Below are positions 1 to 8,523 of a stretch of DNA of 33,444 bases, piece by piece. The notes beneath the pieces were generated by a model that worked only from the letters and a program-made list of their open reading frames with translations, did no database searches and had not been told where the DNA came from. A program made the position numbers and the translations under genes. The first letter of the stretch is position 1. Each line of letters starts with the position of its first letter. The stretch is taken from IMG/VR virus record IMGVR_UViG_3300040971_000039, positions 1-33,444 of that record; one strand, written 5' to 3'. The stretch is from a virus (Duplodnaviria; Caudoviricetes).

Positions 1-127
1 GCTGAGATAGCCATTGCTGATTTGGAGACAGAAAAAGAAAATCTCTCCAACAAACTCACCGCCTTCCAAGCCACACCTGATGATGTGCATTACATCACGG
101 AGAAGTTGGCGAAGGATAGTTTGGATG
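1..127. repeat. 127-bp terminal direct repeat, left copy (circular-assembly overlap)
   Basis: 1-127 is identical to 33318-33444, and a reading frame runs through the join. 127 is a common assembler k-mer size. Confidence 0.95.
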
Positions 128-243
128 CGTTGGCGGCTGACGCCTCTGCAAACAAGCAGATCACCATTGACGGGGTACTCTACCAGTACGGCCTTACGGT
201 CGTAGGGGCCCATCTCTCATTCAATCTAACGGAGGTATTATGA
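1..243 (+). CDS. 3' part of the junction-spanning coiled-coil protein
   Basis: Frame 1 is open from base 1 to TGA 243; track ORF 22..243 is its internal part. Confidence 0.8.
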   Translation, partial: AEIAIADLETEKENLSNKLTAFQATPDDVHYITEKLAKDSLDALAADASANKQITIDGVLYQYGLTVVGAHLSFNLTEVL

Positions 244-617
244 TGGATATAAACGCATTGCTACCAAACGCCATGCAGATGCAGGAAATCGCTGACCGTC
301 CGGTGGGGCTTGCTCCCAAGCAGACTGTCATGGGCATGCCGGTGAGCCCGGCTGTCGGTACTGTCACGGTCCAGTCGACTGCGGCGGTAGAGCTGAAGGT
401 GGGGTCCACCCCCCTTGCGAACAGGAACAGGGTCACTGTCCATAACCCGAGCACCGACATTGCGGTAAGGATAGGCCCCTCCACAATAACAGTGAAGAAA
501 GGCTACGTATTGGAGCCACAGGAAACGCTGGTGATCGAACAGGACAAGGATGTGGCCGTAGCGGTCTACGGGCGCTCGATGGGCTTCGAGGTGTCCCTGG
601 AGGTGACAGAAGCATGA
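240..617 (+). CDS. hypothetical beta-rich protein in the tail cassette
   Basis: GGAGG RBS; ATGA overlaps with both neighbours. Confidence 0.75.
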   Translation: MMDINALLPNAMQMQEIADRPVGLAPKQTVMGMPVSPAVGTVTVQSTAAVELKVGSTPLANRNRVTVHNPSTDIAVRIGPSTITVKKGYVLEPQETLVIEQDKDVAVAVYGRSMGFEVSLEVTEA

Positions 618-829
618 CATATACGATAACTACAGAAGGGAACATCAGTGACATCCACATGAGCTTCGTTGATGAAGGCGTGGCCCTGGTGGCCAGCCGC
701 AAGGTGGCAGGCGACAGATTCCAGGCCGAGGTGTACGTGAAGGTTTTGGAGCATGATGTCAGGAATGACAATATGGAACTGTTCCCTCTACCTGAAGTAG
801 AGGTTACTGATATGATGGAGGGGATGTGA
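614..829 (+). CDS. hypothetical protein
   Basis: ATGA coupling with the upstream gene; GGAGG upstream. Confidence 0.7.
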   Translation: MTYTITTEGNISDIHMSFVDEGVALVASRKVAGDRFQAEVYVKVLEHDVRNDNMELFPLPEVEVTDMMEGM

Positions 830-2145
830 TGAAGACCTATACGGGACGCTATACGCAGGCCGAGCTTGCAAAAAAGATATTTGACATAGAGGACGAGCTG
901 ACTCAGCTCTGGCTAGATGGAGGCATGGCGGGAATTACTGACACAAACGTGCAGAAAAACTTCAGCAAGAGGATTGAGGAGGCATCGTACGGCCGAAACA
1001 CTGTACGCTTTGACGCTTCAGGACAACCTGCTGTTCTGGTCAAGTTCGTACCTGACGACAAGGCCAAGCTATCCTATCTCTATGGGGATAGTACCCCGGG
1101 CATCCATCCTGCATTTTTGGTAGATGGTGTAGCTACAACGTGGTACAAGGGGAAATACCAGCCCGGCAGAGTTGGGAGCACAAACTATCCTGTTGTATTA
1201 CGAGGACTCACGCCTTGGATGTACACAACCTTTGACACAACACAGGCCCAGATAGTGGGAAAGGGTGCAGGATACTGTATGGCTACCCAGCAGATGGAGG
1301 CATACCTGTACCTGCTCTCCATGCGAAATGGATTCGAGGCAGGTGGTAATACTTACTATGGCAGGTACTACTATGCTCAAGACGAGCATGGTGTTGCATC
1401 GGGCATGTACAGCGGTGACAATTTCTACCATACAAAAGGCGGTTCTGGGCCACTCTCCTGGAGTCATGACGGGACCCCGTTCGGTGTGTTTGACAATGTC
1501 GGTAACACATGGCATTGGACAGGTGCTTTGCGCACAGTAGACGGTGAGATACAGACTTTCGCAAATAACAACGGTGCTGGTACACTCAGGACGGTGGCCG
1601 CACATGCGGTGGCATCGACCGACTGGAAGGCCATTGCGATTGACGGGGTCTTGGTGACTCCTGAGGCTCTGGTTGCCGCATGGGCTACGGCGACATCCTA
1701 CACAGCCGGGGCAGTCGTGATGTCAGGTGGTGTACGGTACGTATGTATAGCAGACCATTCCTCCACAGCAGGTGACGAGCCGGGCGTGGGGGCGACGTGG
1801 GATACGTACTGGACACGCAAAGGCACCCTGCACTACGCATGGGACGGGACAAAGGTAATCATGACCGACCGTAAGCTCGGGATGGACGGCACATCCAGGA
1901 GCATTGCATTCGGTTCGCTGACAGCCAACATCACTGTCCCTGCCATCGCGTACAGCATTGGGATCTTCCCAAAGTACACCGGTGTCAAGGGACAGCTGTA
2001 CATCAACAGCGGTGAGCGCGTGGCTCTCCGGGGTGGCAGCTTCAACGGCGCGTACCACGCGGGAGTCGGGTCTCTGCTTCTGTACTACGTTCGTGGCTCC
2101 TCGAACGACGGCATCGGGGGCGGCCTGGCTTATCTTGGTGACTAA
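826..2145 (+). CDS. Mtd-like receptor-binding protein with C-type-lectin/FGE-like fold, inserted CBM5/12-like domain and C-terminal DGR-type variable region
   Basis: HDGTPFGVFDNVGNTWHW (FGE-like G..D..GN..W), C-terminal RGGSFN...AG....L....R..SN..IG, and AAWATATSYTAGAVV...YVC...H.S...PG...W (carbohydrate-binding-module-like). Confidence 0.75.
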   Translation: MMKTYTGRYTQAELAKKIFDIEDELTQLWLDGGMAGITDTNVQKNFSKRIEEASYGRNTVRFDASGQPAVLVKFVPDDKAKLSYLYGDSTPGIHPAFLVDGVATTWYKGKYQPGRVGSTNYPVVLRGLTPWMYTTFDTTQAQIVGKGAGYCMATQQMEAYLYLLSMRNGFEAGGNTYYGRYYYAQDEHGVASGMYSGDNFYHTKGGSGPLSWSHDGTPFGVFDNVGNTWHWTGALRTVDGEIQTFANNNGAGTLRTVAAHAVASTDWKAIAIDGVLVTPEALVAAWATATSYTAGAVVMSGGVRYVCIADHSSTAGDEPGVGATWDTYWTRKGTLHYAWDGTKVIMTDRKLGMDGTSRSIAFGSLTANITVPAIAYSIGIFPKYTGVKGQLYINSGERVALRGGSFNGAYHAGVGSLLLYYVRGSSNDGIGGGLAYLGD

Positions 2146-2171
2146 CTGGGCAACACCGTAGGAGGTTTGAT

Positions 2172-2270
2172 ATGGACGATTTAGCAATGCGAAAGATGAT
2201 GATACTCGCCCTTGAAGCCAAGGGCCAACTCACAGCCGAAGCACTGGCTCAAATACTGGGCGAGAGGTAA
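2172..2270 (+). CDS. 32-aa XkdX-like small protein (MDDLAMRKMMILALEAKGQLTAEALAQILGER)
   Basis: Hand-translated; GGAGG at 2161. C-terminal KGQLTAE...ILGE resembles the XkdX motif G.IT.EE...ITG; it follows a fibre-like gene. Confidence 0.6.
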   Translation: MDDLAMRKMMILALEAKGQLTAEALAQILGER

Positions 2271-2277
2271 TCAACAC

Positions 2278-3855
2278 ATGAACTGGGCAACAGCGATACA
2301 TGACATAGCTAAATATCTGCCATCGGGCACATACGAGAAAGCCTTCCTTTTGGAAGGCTTGACCGATGCCGACGCATCACTGATAAGCTGGAACAGCGAT
2401 TTACCAATTACTGTTGAAACCAAACTAACCGGTGGGGCTTGGGAGACAGCTACTTCGGGCTCTGCTATTGCAGGGGCAACGGGAAACCTTGAAGGCAAGG
2501 CTCTTTCTGTGCGCTTGACGCTGGAAGCAACAGGGTTGTACACCGCTCCTGTAGTTGGCGCAATATCGGTGTCAATTTCTCAAGCGTCCACCGTAGTATT
2601 TTTCGGTGTCGTTGGCATACCAGAGACTCCGACATACACAACAGAATTTGTGCCTAACCGTTATAGCTTGCAAATCCAATCTGCAAACGCTCTCTTGTAT
2701 CGGCGTACCCTTAGCGAAGCATACCAAGAGAAAACCATAACCGAGATTATACAGGATATCTTTACCAAGTATATCGCCGGTGAAGGTATCACGTTGGGAC
2801 AAATCAGCACGCTTGATTTCTCGTATGACGTGTACGTTGCACAACGCAAGTATGTTGCTGACGTGCTCGATGAACTCGCTGGCCCTGTTGCGGCGACATG
2901 GCACATTGGGCCCGATAAGAAGTTTTACTTCCTATCTAAGACTGACTTTGCTTCAACCACTGCACCGTCACACCTTGCGGAAATAAAAAAAAGTGTATCT
3001 GGTCTGGATCAACGCACAGTGCAGATTATCGCCGGAGCTAAGGCGCGGACGGCTACGCAGATACAAACAGAAACATGGGGAGCAGACCAGAAACAGATTA
3101 TAGCAGGGTTTCCTCTCGCAGAAGTGCCAACGCTAACAATCAATGGTACACCGGCAACGGTGGGGATTAGCGGGCTGAATGATGAAGCAACATATACCTT
3201 CTTGTGGTCATATAGTTCTGCTAACGTTACACTCAATTCAAACGCAACAACCAAACCAACTACCGGTGATACCGTTGTTTTATCGTACGTCGGTTTCTTT
3301 GAGATTGAAATCGAAAACCAGAGCGGCTCTAAAATATTAGAGCTTGCCGCACGAACTGGAAGCAGTGGACGCATTGAGAAAGTAGAGACTGATACTAGCA
3401 TTGAAACTTTTACAGACGGCTCAAACCTGGCTAATGAGCTACTTGATAGATACGGTGAAGCTGACGAGACGATAACTTGCACCACCGATAATTTAGGGTC
3501 CACAGATTTGCTCACTTCTTGGACGTTTGATTTGCCGGAAATAAATATTACCGGTGATTATATCATAACCGAACGGAGTATAACCCGACTAACTGACACC
3601 AAGCCAAGAGTTAGGTTGGTGCTCAAGAATCAGAACTATTACACTAAATATGGTGCGGTTTTTAACAAGTATGATAAGAATGTAAGAAGGTTGTCTGTCA
3701 ACTCAAATGCGGTTATAATTAAGACCGAAGCAGGGTGGAATGAGGTGCTTACGTTCGATGAATCATGGGAGCAAGCAGGACTTATATACTATCCTACCGT
3801 GAGTGATTTTATTGACCCTGTATTGCTGATGTACCCTATGGAGATGATGGCATGA
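2278..3855 (+). CDS. tail hub/minor tail (Tal-like) protein, C-terminal portion
   Basis: ATG 2278 with GAGGT RBS preferred over TTG 2212, which overlaps the XkdX-like ORF. Tail-hub-like motifs VFFGVV, TITEIIQDI, VLDELA...WHIGPDKKFYF. Confidence 0.7.
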   Translation: MNWATAIHDIAKYLPSGTYEKAFLLEGLTDADASLISWNSDLPITVETKLTGGAWETATSGSAIAGATGNLEGKALSVRLTLEATGLYTAPVVGAISVSISQASTVVFFGVVGIPETPTYTTEFVPNRYSLQIQSANALLYRRTLSEAYQEKTITEIIQDIFTKYIAGEGITLGQISTLDFSYDVYVAQRKYVADVLDELAGPVAATWHIGPDKKFYFLSKTDFASTTAPSHLAEIKKSVSGLDQRTVQIIAGAKARTATQIQTETWGADQKQIIAGFPLAEVPTLTINGTPATVGISGLNDEATYTFLWSYSSANVTLNSNATTKPTTGDTVVLSYVGFFEIEIENQSGSKILELAARTGSSGRIEKVETDTSIETFTDGSNLANELLDRYGEADETITCTTDNLGSTDLLTSWTFDLPEINITGDYIITERSITRLTDTKPRVRLVLKNQNYYTKYGAVFNKYDKNVRRLSVNSNAVIIKTEAGWNEVLTFDESWEQAGLIYYPTVSDFIDPVLLMYPMEMMA

Positions 3856-4286
3856 TACGAATTAAGGGCGAGTATGAGATATGGAAAGACGGCGTAATGA
3901 TTGACCACTTCCATAATATTATCACTACACCGGTGTATGAGTACATACTAAAATCATTGGCTGGCGAATCTTTGGGCGATGCAAGCGTTTCATACTTTGC
4001 ATTAGGCACAGGCACAACACCGGTTACCGAGAGTGACACCACATTAGGAACAGAAGTTTTCAGAAAAGCTTTTACGTCAAAGTCCTGGAACGGTAAGCAA
4101 TTTGTTGCAATCTGCCAACTCTCAACAAGCGAAGCAAACTACTCAATAACAGAAGTCGGCATTTTCGCAGGTGGAACTATAACACCGAATTCTGGTACTC
4201 TCTTGTCCCACGCTTTGCGCACCATTGAGAAGAACTCAAATATAACATACAACATCATTTACAGATTGAATTTGGAGGAAGTCTAA
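3852..4286 (+). CDS. tail tip/baseplate protein (fibre-collar-like)
   Basis: YFALGTGTTPVTESDTTLGTEVFRK and EANYSITEVGIF resemble tail-fibre N-terminal/collar proteins. Confidence 0.65.
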   Translation: MIRIKGEYEIWKDGVMIDHFHNIITTPVYEYILKSLAGESLGDASVSYFALGTGTTPVTESDTTLGTEVFRKAFTSKSWNGKQFVAICQLSTSEANYSITEVGIFAGGTITPNSGTLLSHALRTIEKNSNITYNIIYRLNLEEV

Positions 4287-5221
4287 TGTCATATATTAAG
4301 ACAAGCTGGGTGGCACGTGTCGGCACGGCTTTAAATAGATTCTTGAAGACCAATGAAAGTAGTGGAAGCGTCGAACTTACCAACGACCCAACCGGTGTAA
4401 GCGTTCAAGGAACGCCGTTTACTGTGGCGAATATGAACAAGATTGAGACGGGGATTTATGATGCGCATGTGTTAATAGATAACCATAAACTAAATGATGG
4501 CTCAGACCACTCTTTTATAGACCAAGATGTTACTACTGAAGCAACGCCGAATTTTGCAGGGTTACAACTTTTAGGCAAATTATTGAAGTTCAATCCAACA
4601 GCTACAATACTATCAAGTTTTAATAACGGAGGAATAACAGGAATTACTTTTGATGGTACTAATCTCATTATCTGTAAAAGCACAGGTACACCTTCAATTT
4701 ATATCAATGATGGGGTAAGTGCAACAATATTGTCAAGCTTTGCGAGTCCTGGAGTTGGGCCTAGGTGTCTAACATTCGACGGCACAAATCTTATTAGTTA
4801 TGACTCTTTAACTAATCTAATTTATATCCATTCTGGCATAACTTCAACAATATCTTCCAGCTTTGCTGCTCCTGCTTCTAATCTAAGTGGCTTAACATTT
4901 GACGGAACTAATCTTATCAGTTGTGACCAGGTAACTGGTTTGGTCTATATTCATGATGGTATAAGTCCTACAATTCTTTCTAGTTTCGCAAGTCCTGGCA
5001 CAGTTCCTTCTGGGTTGGCTTTTGAGGGAACAAACCTTATTAGTTGTGATTCGAATACCGATAAAATATATATTCACAACGGTAAAACAGCAACAATTTT
5101 AAGTAGTTTTTCTTCACCTGGGCTTATCCCACGCTATTTAGCCTTTACAGGTACAAACTTAATAAGTTGTGACGAGTCTGCTATAAAGACATACGTACAC
5201 GAAAGCGCAATATATATCTAA
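4286..5221 (+). CDS. tail fibre/receptor-binding protein with five ~41-aa repeats (predicted beta-propeller)
   Basis: Fibre-like N-terminus (GTPFTVANMNKIETGI) followed by five repeats of ATILSSF.SPG..P.GL.FDGTNLISCD.....IYIH.G. Confidence 0.75.
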   Translation: MSYIKTSWVARVGTALNRFLKTNESSGSVELTNDPTGVSVQGTPFTVANMNKIETGIYDAHVLIDNHKLNDGSDHSFIDQDVTTEATPNFAGLQLLGKLLKFNPTATILSSFNNGGITGITFDGTNLIICKSTGTPSIYINDGVSATILSSFASPGVGPRCLTFDGTNLISYDSLTNLIYIHSGITSTISSSFAAPASNLSGLTFDGTNLISCDQVTGLVYIHDGISPTILSSFASPGTVPSGLAFEGTNLISCDSNTDKIYIHNGKTATILSSFSSPGLIPRYLAFTGTNLISCDESAIKTYVHESAIYI

Positions 5222-5232
5222 AAGGAGTCACT

Positions 5233-5589
5233 ATGAAAAAACTTTTATCTTTACTAATTATCCTTTCCCTTTGCTTTTCCCTCCCCGCAATAGATTACCA
5301 ACCTAAAGCAACCATTATCGCTATCCCAAAAACCTACACCGTTGATAACGTAACTCTATACGGTGCAATATTGACCGATTCTAGTGTTACATTTACCTCG
5401 AACCTTATGGACATTCCACCGATTACTGCACACTTAAACATGATAGGTGCTAACGTCAATATCGCTTATGTTGTGGACTATATCACGCTAACAGTAGACT
5501 ATAAAATAATCCACTACAGAAAGGAGAGATGGTATAAAGAAGAGTTGAACAGCAACGTTTTAACGATAACAATAAACATCACAATCTAG
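5233..5589 (+). CDS. hypothetical exported protein with signal peptide
   Basis: AAGGAG RBS; MKKLLSLLIILSLCFSLPA signal-like N-terminus. Confidence 0.7.
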   Translation: MKKLLSLLIILSLCFSLPAIDYQPKATIIAIPKTYTVDNVTLYGAILTDSSVTFTSNLMDIPPITAHLNMIGANVNIAYVVDYITLTVDYKIIHYRKERWYKEELNSNVLTITINITI

Positions 5590-5602
5590 GGAGGCAAACA
5601 AA

Positions 5603-5857
5603 ATGAGCGACGTAGTACTAGTAGCATTAATCGGAGGAATTGTAACAGTCCTCACGTCAATTCTAAGCAGATTGGGCAACAAAAAGTATCTCGACAAGAT
5701 AGCGGAGGGAACTAAGCTTGGTCTTGAAAATGACATAGTTATTTTTGATGCGTTTCGCAGGAATAAAATCAATGGAGAATCAGAACAGCAAGAGCAGAAA
5801 ATGCGTGAGTATTTTTTGCACACAACAACAGACAGTTTCTATAGGAAGTGCAAATGA
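5603..5857 (+). CDS. single-TM membrane protein, holin/anti-holin-like
   Basis: GGAGG RBS; N-terminal hydrophobic helix VVLVALIGGIVTVLTSIL; position at the start of the lysis cassette. Confidence 0.55.
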   Translation: MSDVVLVALIGGIVTVLTSILSRLGNKKYLDKIAEGTKLGLENDIVIFDAFRRNKINGESEQQEQKMREYFLHTTTDSFYRKCK

Positions 5858-6711
5858 ATAGTCCATACGTCAAAGATATCATGTACGATGCGAAACCAGA
5901 GCTAAAATTAGCTCTTTTTTCTGACCTCCATATTGGTGCAGAAGATTGTGACCTAAAGACTATGCGCCGTGATCTAGGAGCTTCTGCAAATGAAGACCGT
6001 AGAATCTCAATAAACGGCGATATCGCAGAGCTTATCGTGCCAAGTGACCGAAAACGCTTCACAGCTTCCAAGCTCCTATCGCATAGGGATGATGTTATCA
6101 ACGAAACGTTGGAGCTTGCTTTCAAGGAACTCAAGCCTTTCGCCGATTACATAGATGTTATAGGAACAGGGAACCACGAAGAAGCACCGATAAAGTATAA
6201 CAGCTTTGACTTTATAGGGGCTTTAATTGTTTTATTGAACAGGGAAAGAGCAGTTACCATCCCTCCGATTCACCGTGCTGCATATCAAGGCTACATGCAA
6301 TACAAGCTCAAACCATCTGGGAAGCGTAATGCCTGCACCCCGTTTACCATCTACCACCACCACGGTGTAGGTGGAAGCGCACCGGTTACAAAGGGTATGA
6401 TTGACTTTAACCGCATGATTTATAGCCATATGGCCGATTTGTATTGGATGGGCCACAAGCATACCGCAATACAAGATAATGGAATCGTGCGTGATGGGCT
6501 TAATATGAAAGGTGGCTATGTGCAAACAGTGTCAAAGGCTGTCATAACTCCAGGGTACAAGACACATGATATTGACTCAGAGCCTGGTTACAGATTGAAA
6601 TATTCAGACGGATTTTATAACATGCAGGCGAAGGGGTATGGAGTTGTTGACATATATGTTGACAGGATGTTAGGCAAAATAGATCACTTTGAAGTGACTC
6701 TACGAACATAG
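5854..6711 (+). CDS. calcineurin-like metallophosphoesterase
   Basis: Complete motif set SDLH, NGD, GNHE, HHG, GHKH. Start ATG 5854 overlaps the upstream stop (alternative GTG 5848). Confidence 0.85.
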   Translation: MNSPYVKDIMYDAKPELKLALFSDLHIGAEDCDLKTMRRDLGASANEDRRISINGDIAELIVPSDRKRFTASKLLSHRDDVINETLELAFKELKPFADYIDVIGTGNHEEAPIKYNSFDFIGALIVLLNRERAVTIPPIHRAAYQGYMQYKLKPSGKRNACTPFTIYHHHGVGGSAPVTKGMIDFNRMIYSHMADLYWMGHKHTAIQDNGIVRDGLNMKGGYVQTVSKAVITPGYKTHDIDSEPGYRLKYSDGFYNMQAKGYGVVDIYVDRMLGKIDHFEVTLRT

Positions 6712-6720
6712 GAGGAAAGT

Positions 6721-6912
6721 ATGGCAAAGAAATTGACATTGGCTATTTTGGCGTTGGCGTTTTTGGTTGGGAGTGTTGGGGCTTTCGTGTTGAAATTCAA
6801 CATGGATGGATACATTAAATTCTTGCAGGGATTCTCACCATTGTATATATCTTTGATTGCTTCTATCGGTGCTAACTCTGCGGTGGAGAAGTACAAGGGG
6901 GCCAAAGAATGA
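6721..6912 (+). CDS. putative holin (2 TM)
   Basis: AGGAGG RBS; two hydrophobic segments and a charged C-terminus; 63 aa. Confidence 0.6.
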   Translation: MAKKLTLAILALAFLVGSVGAFVLKFNMDGYIKFLQGFSPLYISLIASIGANSAVEKYKGAKE

Positions 6913-7259
6913 TTAGCTGGATTATAGGAAACGCCGGCATGTTTATAGCCGGTGTCGTTGCTATTCTTATGGCTTTATTGGGTATCCAGACAAAAAGGGT
7001 AAGTACACAAAAAGAGAAGGTATCCAAAACCAAGGCACAACTTGAGTACGAAAAAGCACGAGTAAAGCGACAGCAGAAAGTTGCAGATACCAAAGACGCA
7101 ATTTTGCAGAAGCAAAAACAGCAGGTGAAAATCAAAGAAGAGAATGTAGTAAAGATACAAAAAACGGAGGATTTGCCACATGAAGAAAAAATTGAGGAAC
7201 AGCAAAAAATCATTAACAATGTTACTGACCTTTTCAATTCTCGTAACACTGCTAAGTAG
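6909..7259 (+). CDS. putative i-spanin (Rz-like)
   Basis: N-terminal TM helix followed by a long K/Q/E-rich coiled coil; overlapped by a lipoprotein gene. Confidence 0.7.
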   Translation: MISWIIGNAGMFIAGVVAILMALLGIQTKRVSTQKEKVSKTKAQLEYEKARVKRQQKVADTKDAILQKQKQQVKIKEENVVKIQKTEDLPHEEKIEEQQKIINNVTDLFNSRNTAK

Positions 7260-7440
7260 TTGTGCAACACTCCCCCCGGTAACACAGGACTTTGAAGCGG
7301 TGCGCCCTGTACGTCCTGTACTGGAAGCGGTAACTCTGGTAGATCCTGTACCCTTGGAGTTGCTACGCAATTACAACGCCGTGATACTCTACTCGATGGA
7401 TTTGGAGGACTACATAAAAGCAATAACAACACCCCTGTAA
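7180..7440 (+). CDS. putative o-spanin (Rz1-like lipoprotein)
   Basis: GGAGG RBS; basic N-region, hydrophobic core, lipobox-like LLSS-C, Pro-rich mature part; starts inside the i-spanin gene in another frame. Confidence 0.7.
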   Translation: MKKKLRNSKKSLTMLLTFSILVTLLSSCATLPPVTQDFEAVRPVRPVLEAVTLVDPVPLELLRNYNAVILYSMDLEDYIKAITTPL

Positions 7441-7451
7441 AAGGGGTGTTG
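7427..7451. terminator. hairpin between convergent late and early operons
   Basis: CAACACCCCT-GTAAA-AGGGGTGTTG, a perfect 10-bp stem at the strand switch; no strong U tract. Confidence 0.65.
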
Positions 7452-7476
7452 CGTTCCTGTGAAGTGTATTGTATTA

Positions 7477-7659
7477 TTACTTAAAAGGGTTCTCCCTTTT
7501 TCCCACCGTGTGGTTTACTCCTTTTCCACCGGTGGTTTTTTTGGCTTCGATTACGGTGAAGATTATCCACGAAAGGCCCATGTAGAGAACCCAAAATAGC
7601 ACCGAATACTTCATAATAAACACGCCGATTGATAGCCAAAGTACGCTAATTATTATCAT
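7477..7659 (-). CDS. small 2-TM membrane protein
   Basis: Hydrophobic 60-aa ORF with ATGA coupling to the upstream ORF. Confidence 0.6.
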   Translation of the reverse strand: MIIISVLWLSIGVFIMKYSVLFWVLYMGLSWIIFTVIEAKKTTGGKGVNHTVGKRENPFK

Positions 7660-7826
7660 ATAAGTGCCTCAAGTTCTTCAATTCTTTTCTCAAGAGTTGC
7701 AATCTCTTCCCTTTGCTGTAGTTCAAGCTCAGTTGCTTCTCTGTATTCTCTAGTATTGTTTGATACTCTACCGTCTACAATAGGCACAACCTCGTCAAAT
7801 TTGTTAATATCATATCTTGTACTCAT
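7656..7826 (-). CDS. 56-aa hypothetical protein with coiled-coil C-terminus (MSTRYDINKF...IEELEALI)
   Basis: Hand-translated; GGAGG RBS; ATGA overlaps on both sides. Confidence 0.7.
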   Translation of the reverse strand: MSTRYDINKFDEVVPIVDGRVSNNTREYREATELELQQREEIATLEKRIEELEALI

Positions 7827-7900
7827 TCGTTACCTCCATATGACTTTATCGCCTCCTGTATCGCTTCTGTAAGTTCTTTGATTATCTGTTCTTCAATCAT
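7823..7900 (-). CDS. 25-aa peptide (MIEEQIIKELTEAIQEAIKSYGGNE)
   Basis: Hand-translated; fills the gap exactly, with ATGA overlaps at both ends. Confidence 0.55.
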   Translation of the reverse strand: MIEEQIIKELTEAIQEAIKSYGGNE

Positions 7901-8139
7901 GCTAACCCCCTTACAATAAGCTCGTTTCTTGCATCATCTATGAGGTCAAATATATTGCCCTTATAGTCCTGCACACATCGAATGTCGCCGGTCTTTCGGC
8001 TCTTTACGGTGCAGTCAATTATCACAAACTCATCTGTATAATATGTCACCCCTGGTGAATATAGAAACTTTAAGTCGGTGTCGTTCATGTCAATAATTTT
8101 ATTGACCATCTTTTTTACTTCTTTGGTTGTCATGTTCAT
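7897..8139 (-). CDS. hypothetical protein
   Basis: AAGGAG upstream; part of a coupled operon. Confidence 0.65.
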   Translation of the reverse strand: MNMTTKEVKKMVNKIIDMNDTDLKFLYSPGVTYYTDEFVIIDCTVKSRKTGDIRCVQDYKGNIFDLIDDARNELIVRGLA

Positions 8140-8261
8140 TCTTCTTCTCCTTCTTCGTGATTACTACAAAAATCATTTCCGGTTACAAAATCCTCGTCAA
8201 GTTTGCAGATTCCCATCCAAGACTCAAAATAGATACATGTTTTGCAAGTTTTGTCGTTCAT
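8136..8261 (-). CDS. 41-aa Cys-rich protein (MNDKTCKTCIYF...C...C), probable metal binder
   Basis: Hand-translated; GGAAGGA RBS; CxxC...C...C pattern. Confidence 0.6.
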   Translation of the reverse strand: MNDKTCKTCIYFESWMGICKLDEDFVTGNDFCSNHEEGEEE

Positions 8262-8308
8262 ATATTCCTTCCTTTATTTGTTTACCCTCCGAAGAGGGGG
8301 AGGATTGC

Positions 8309-8494
8309 TTAATGATTATTCAGAATAAATCTCTTAGCCATTTCTAATGCTTCTTTTTTTGTTTTATACAAAGGGAAATTACCAAAACAATCAGCAAGTC
8401 TCCACATGCTACCAATCTTGAATACATAATAGTTTGCACCTCTGCACCATAAGTTATTAGCCATTCTGTAGTCCCTCTTGCTTTCTTCTTTCAT
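8309..8494 (-). CDS. hypothetical early protein
   Basis: AAGGAG RBS, directly downstream of a consensus promoter. Confidence 0.65.
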   Translation of the reverse strand: MKEESKRDYRMANNLWCRGANYYVFKIGSMWRLADCFGNFPLYKTKKEALEMAKRFILNNH

Positions 8495-8523
8495 ATCCGT
8501 ATCTCCTTTTCTCTATATACCCA

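Noticed and set aside
1-127. Terminal repeat as a biological direct terminal repeat
   Set aside because: It is exactly 127 bp and falls mid-gene, so it is best explained as an assembler overlap of a circular contig.
826-2300. Complete diversity-generating retroelement
   Set aside because: No RT ORF, Avd-like gene, template repeat or clear downstream hairpin was found; only the target/VR is supported.
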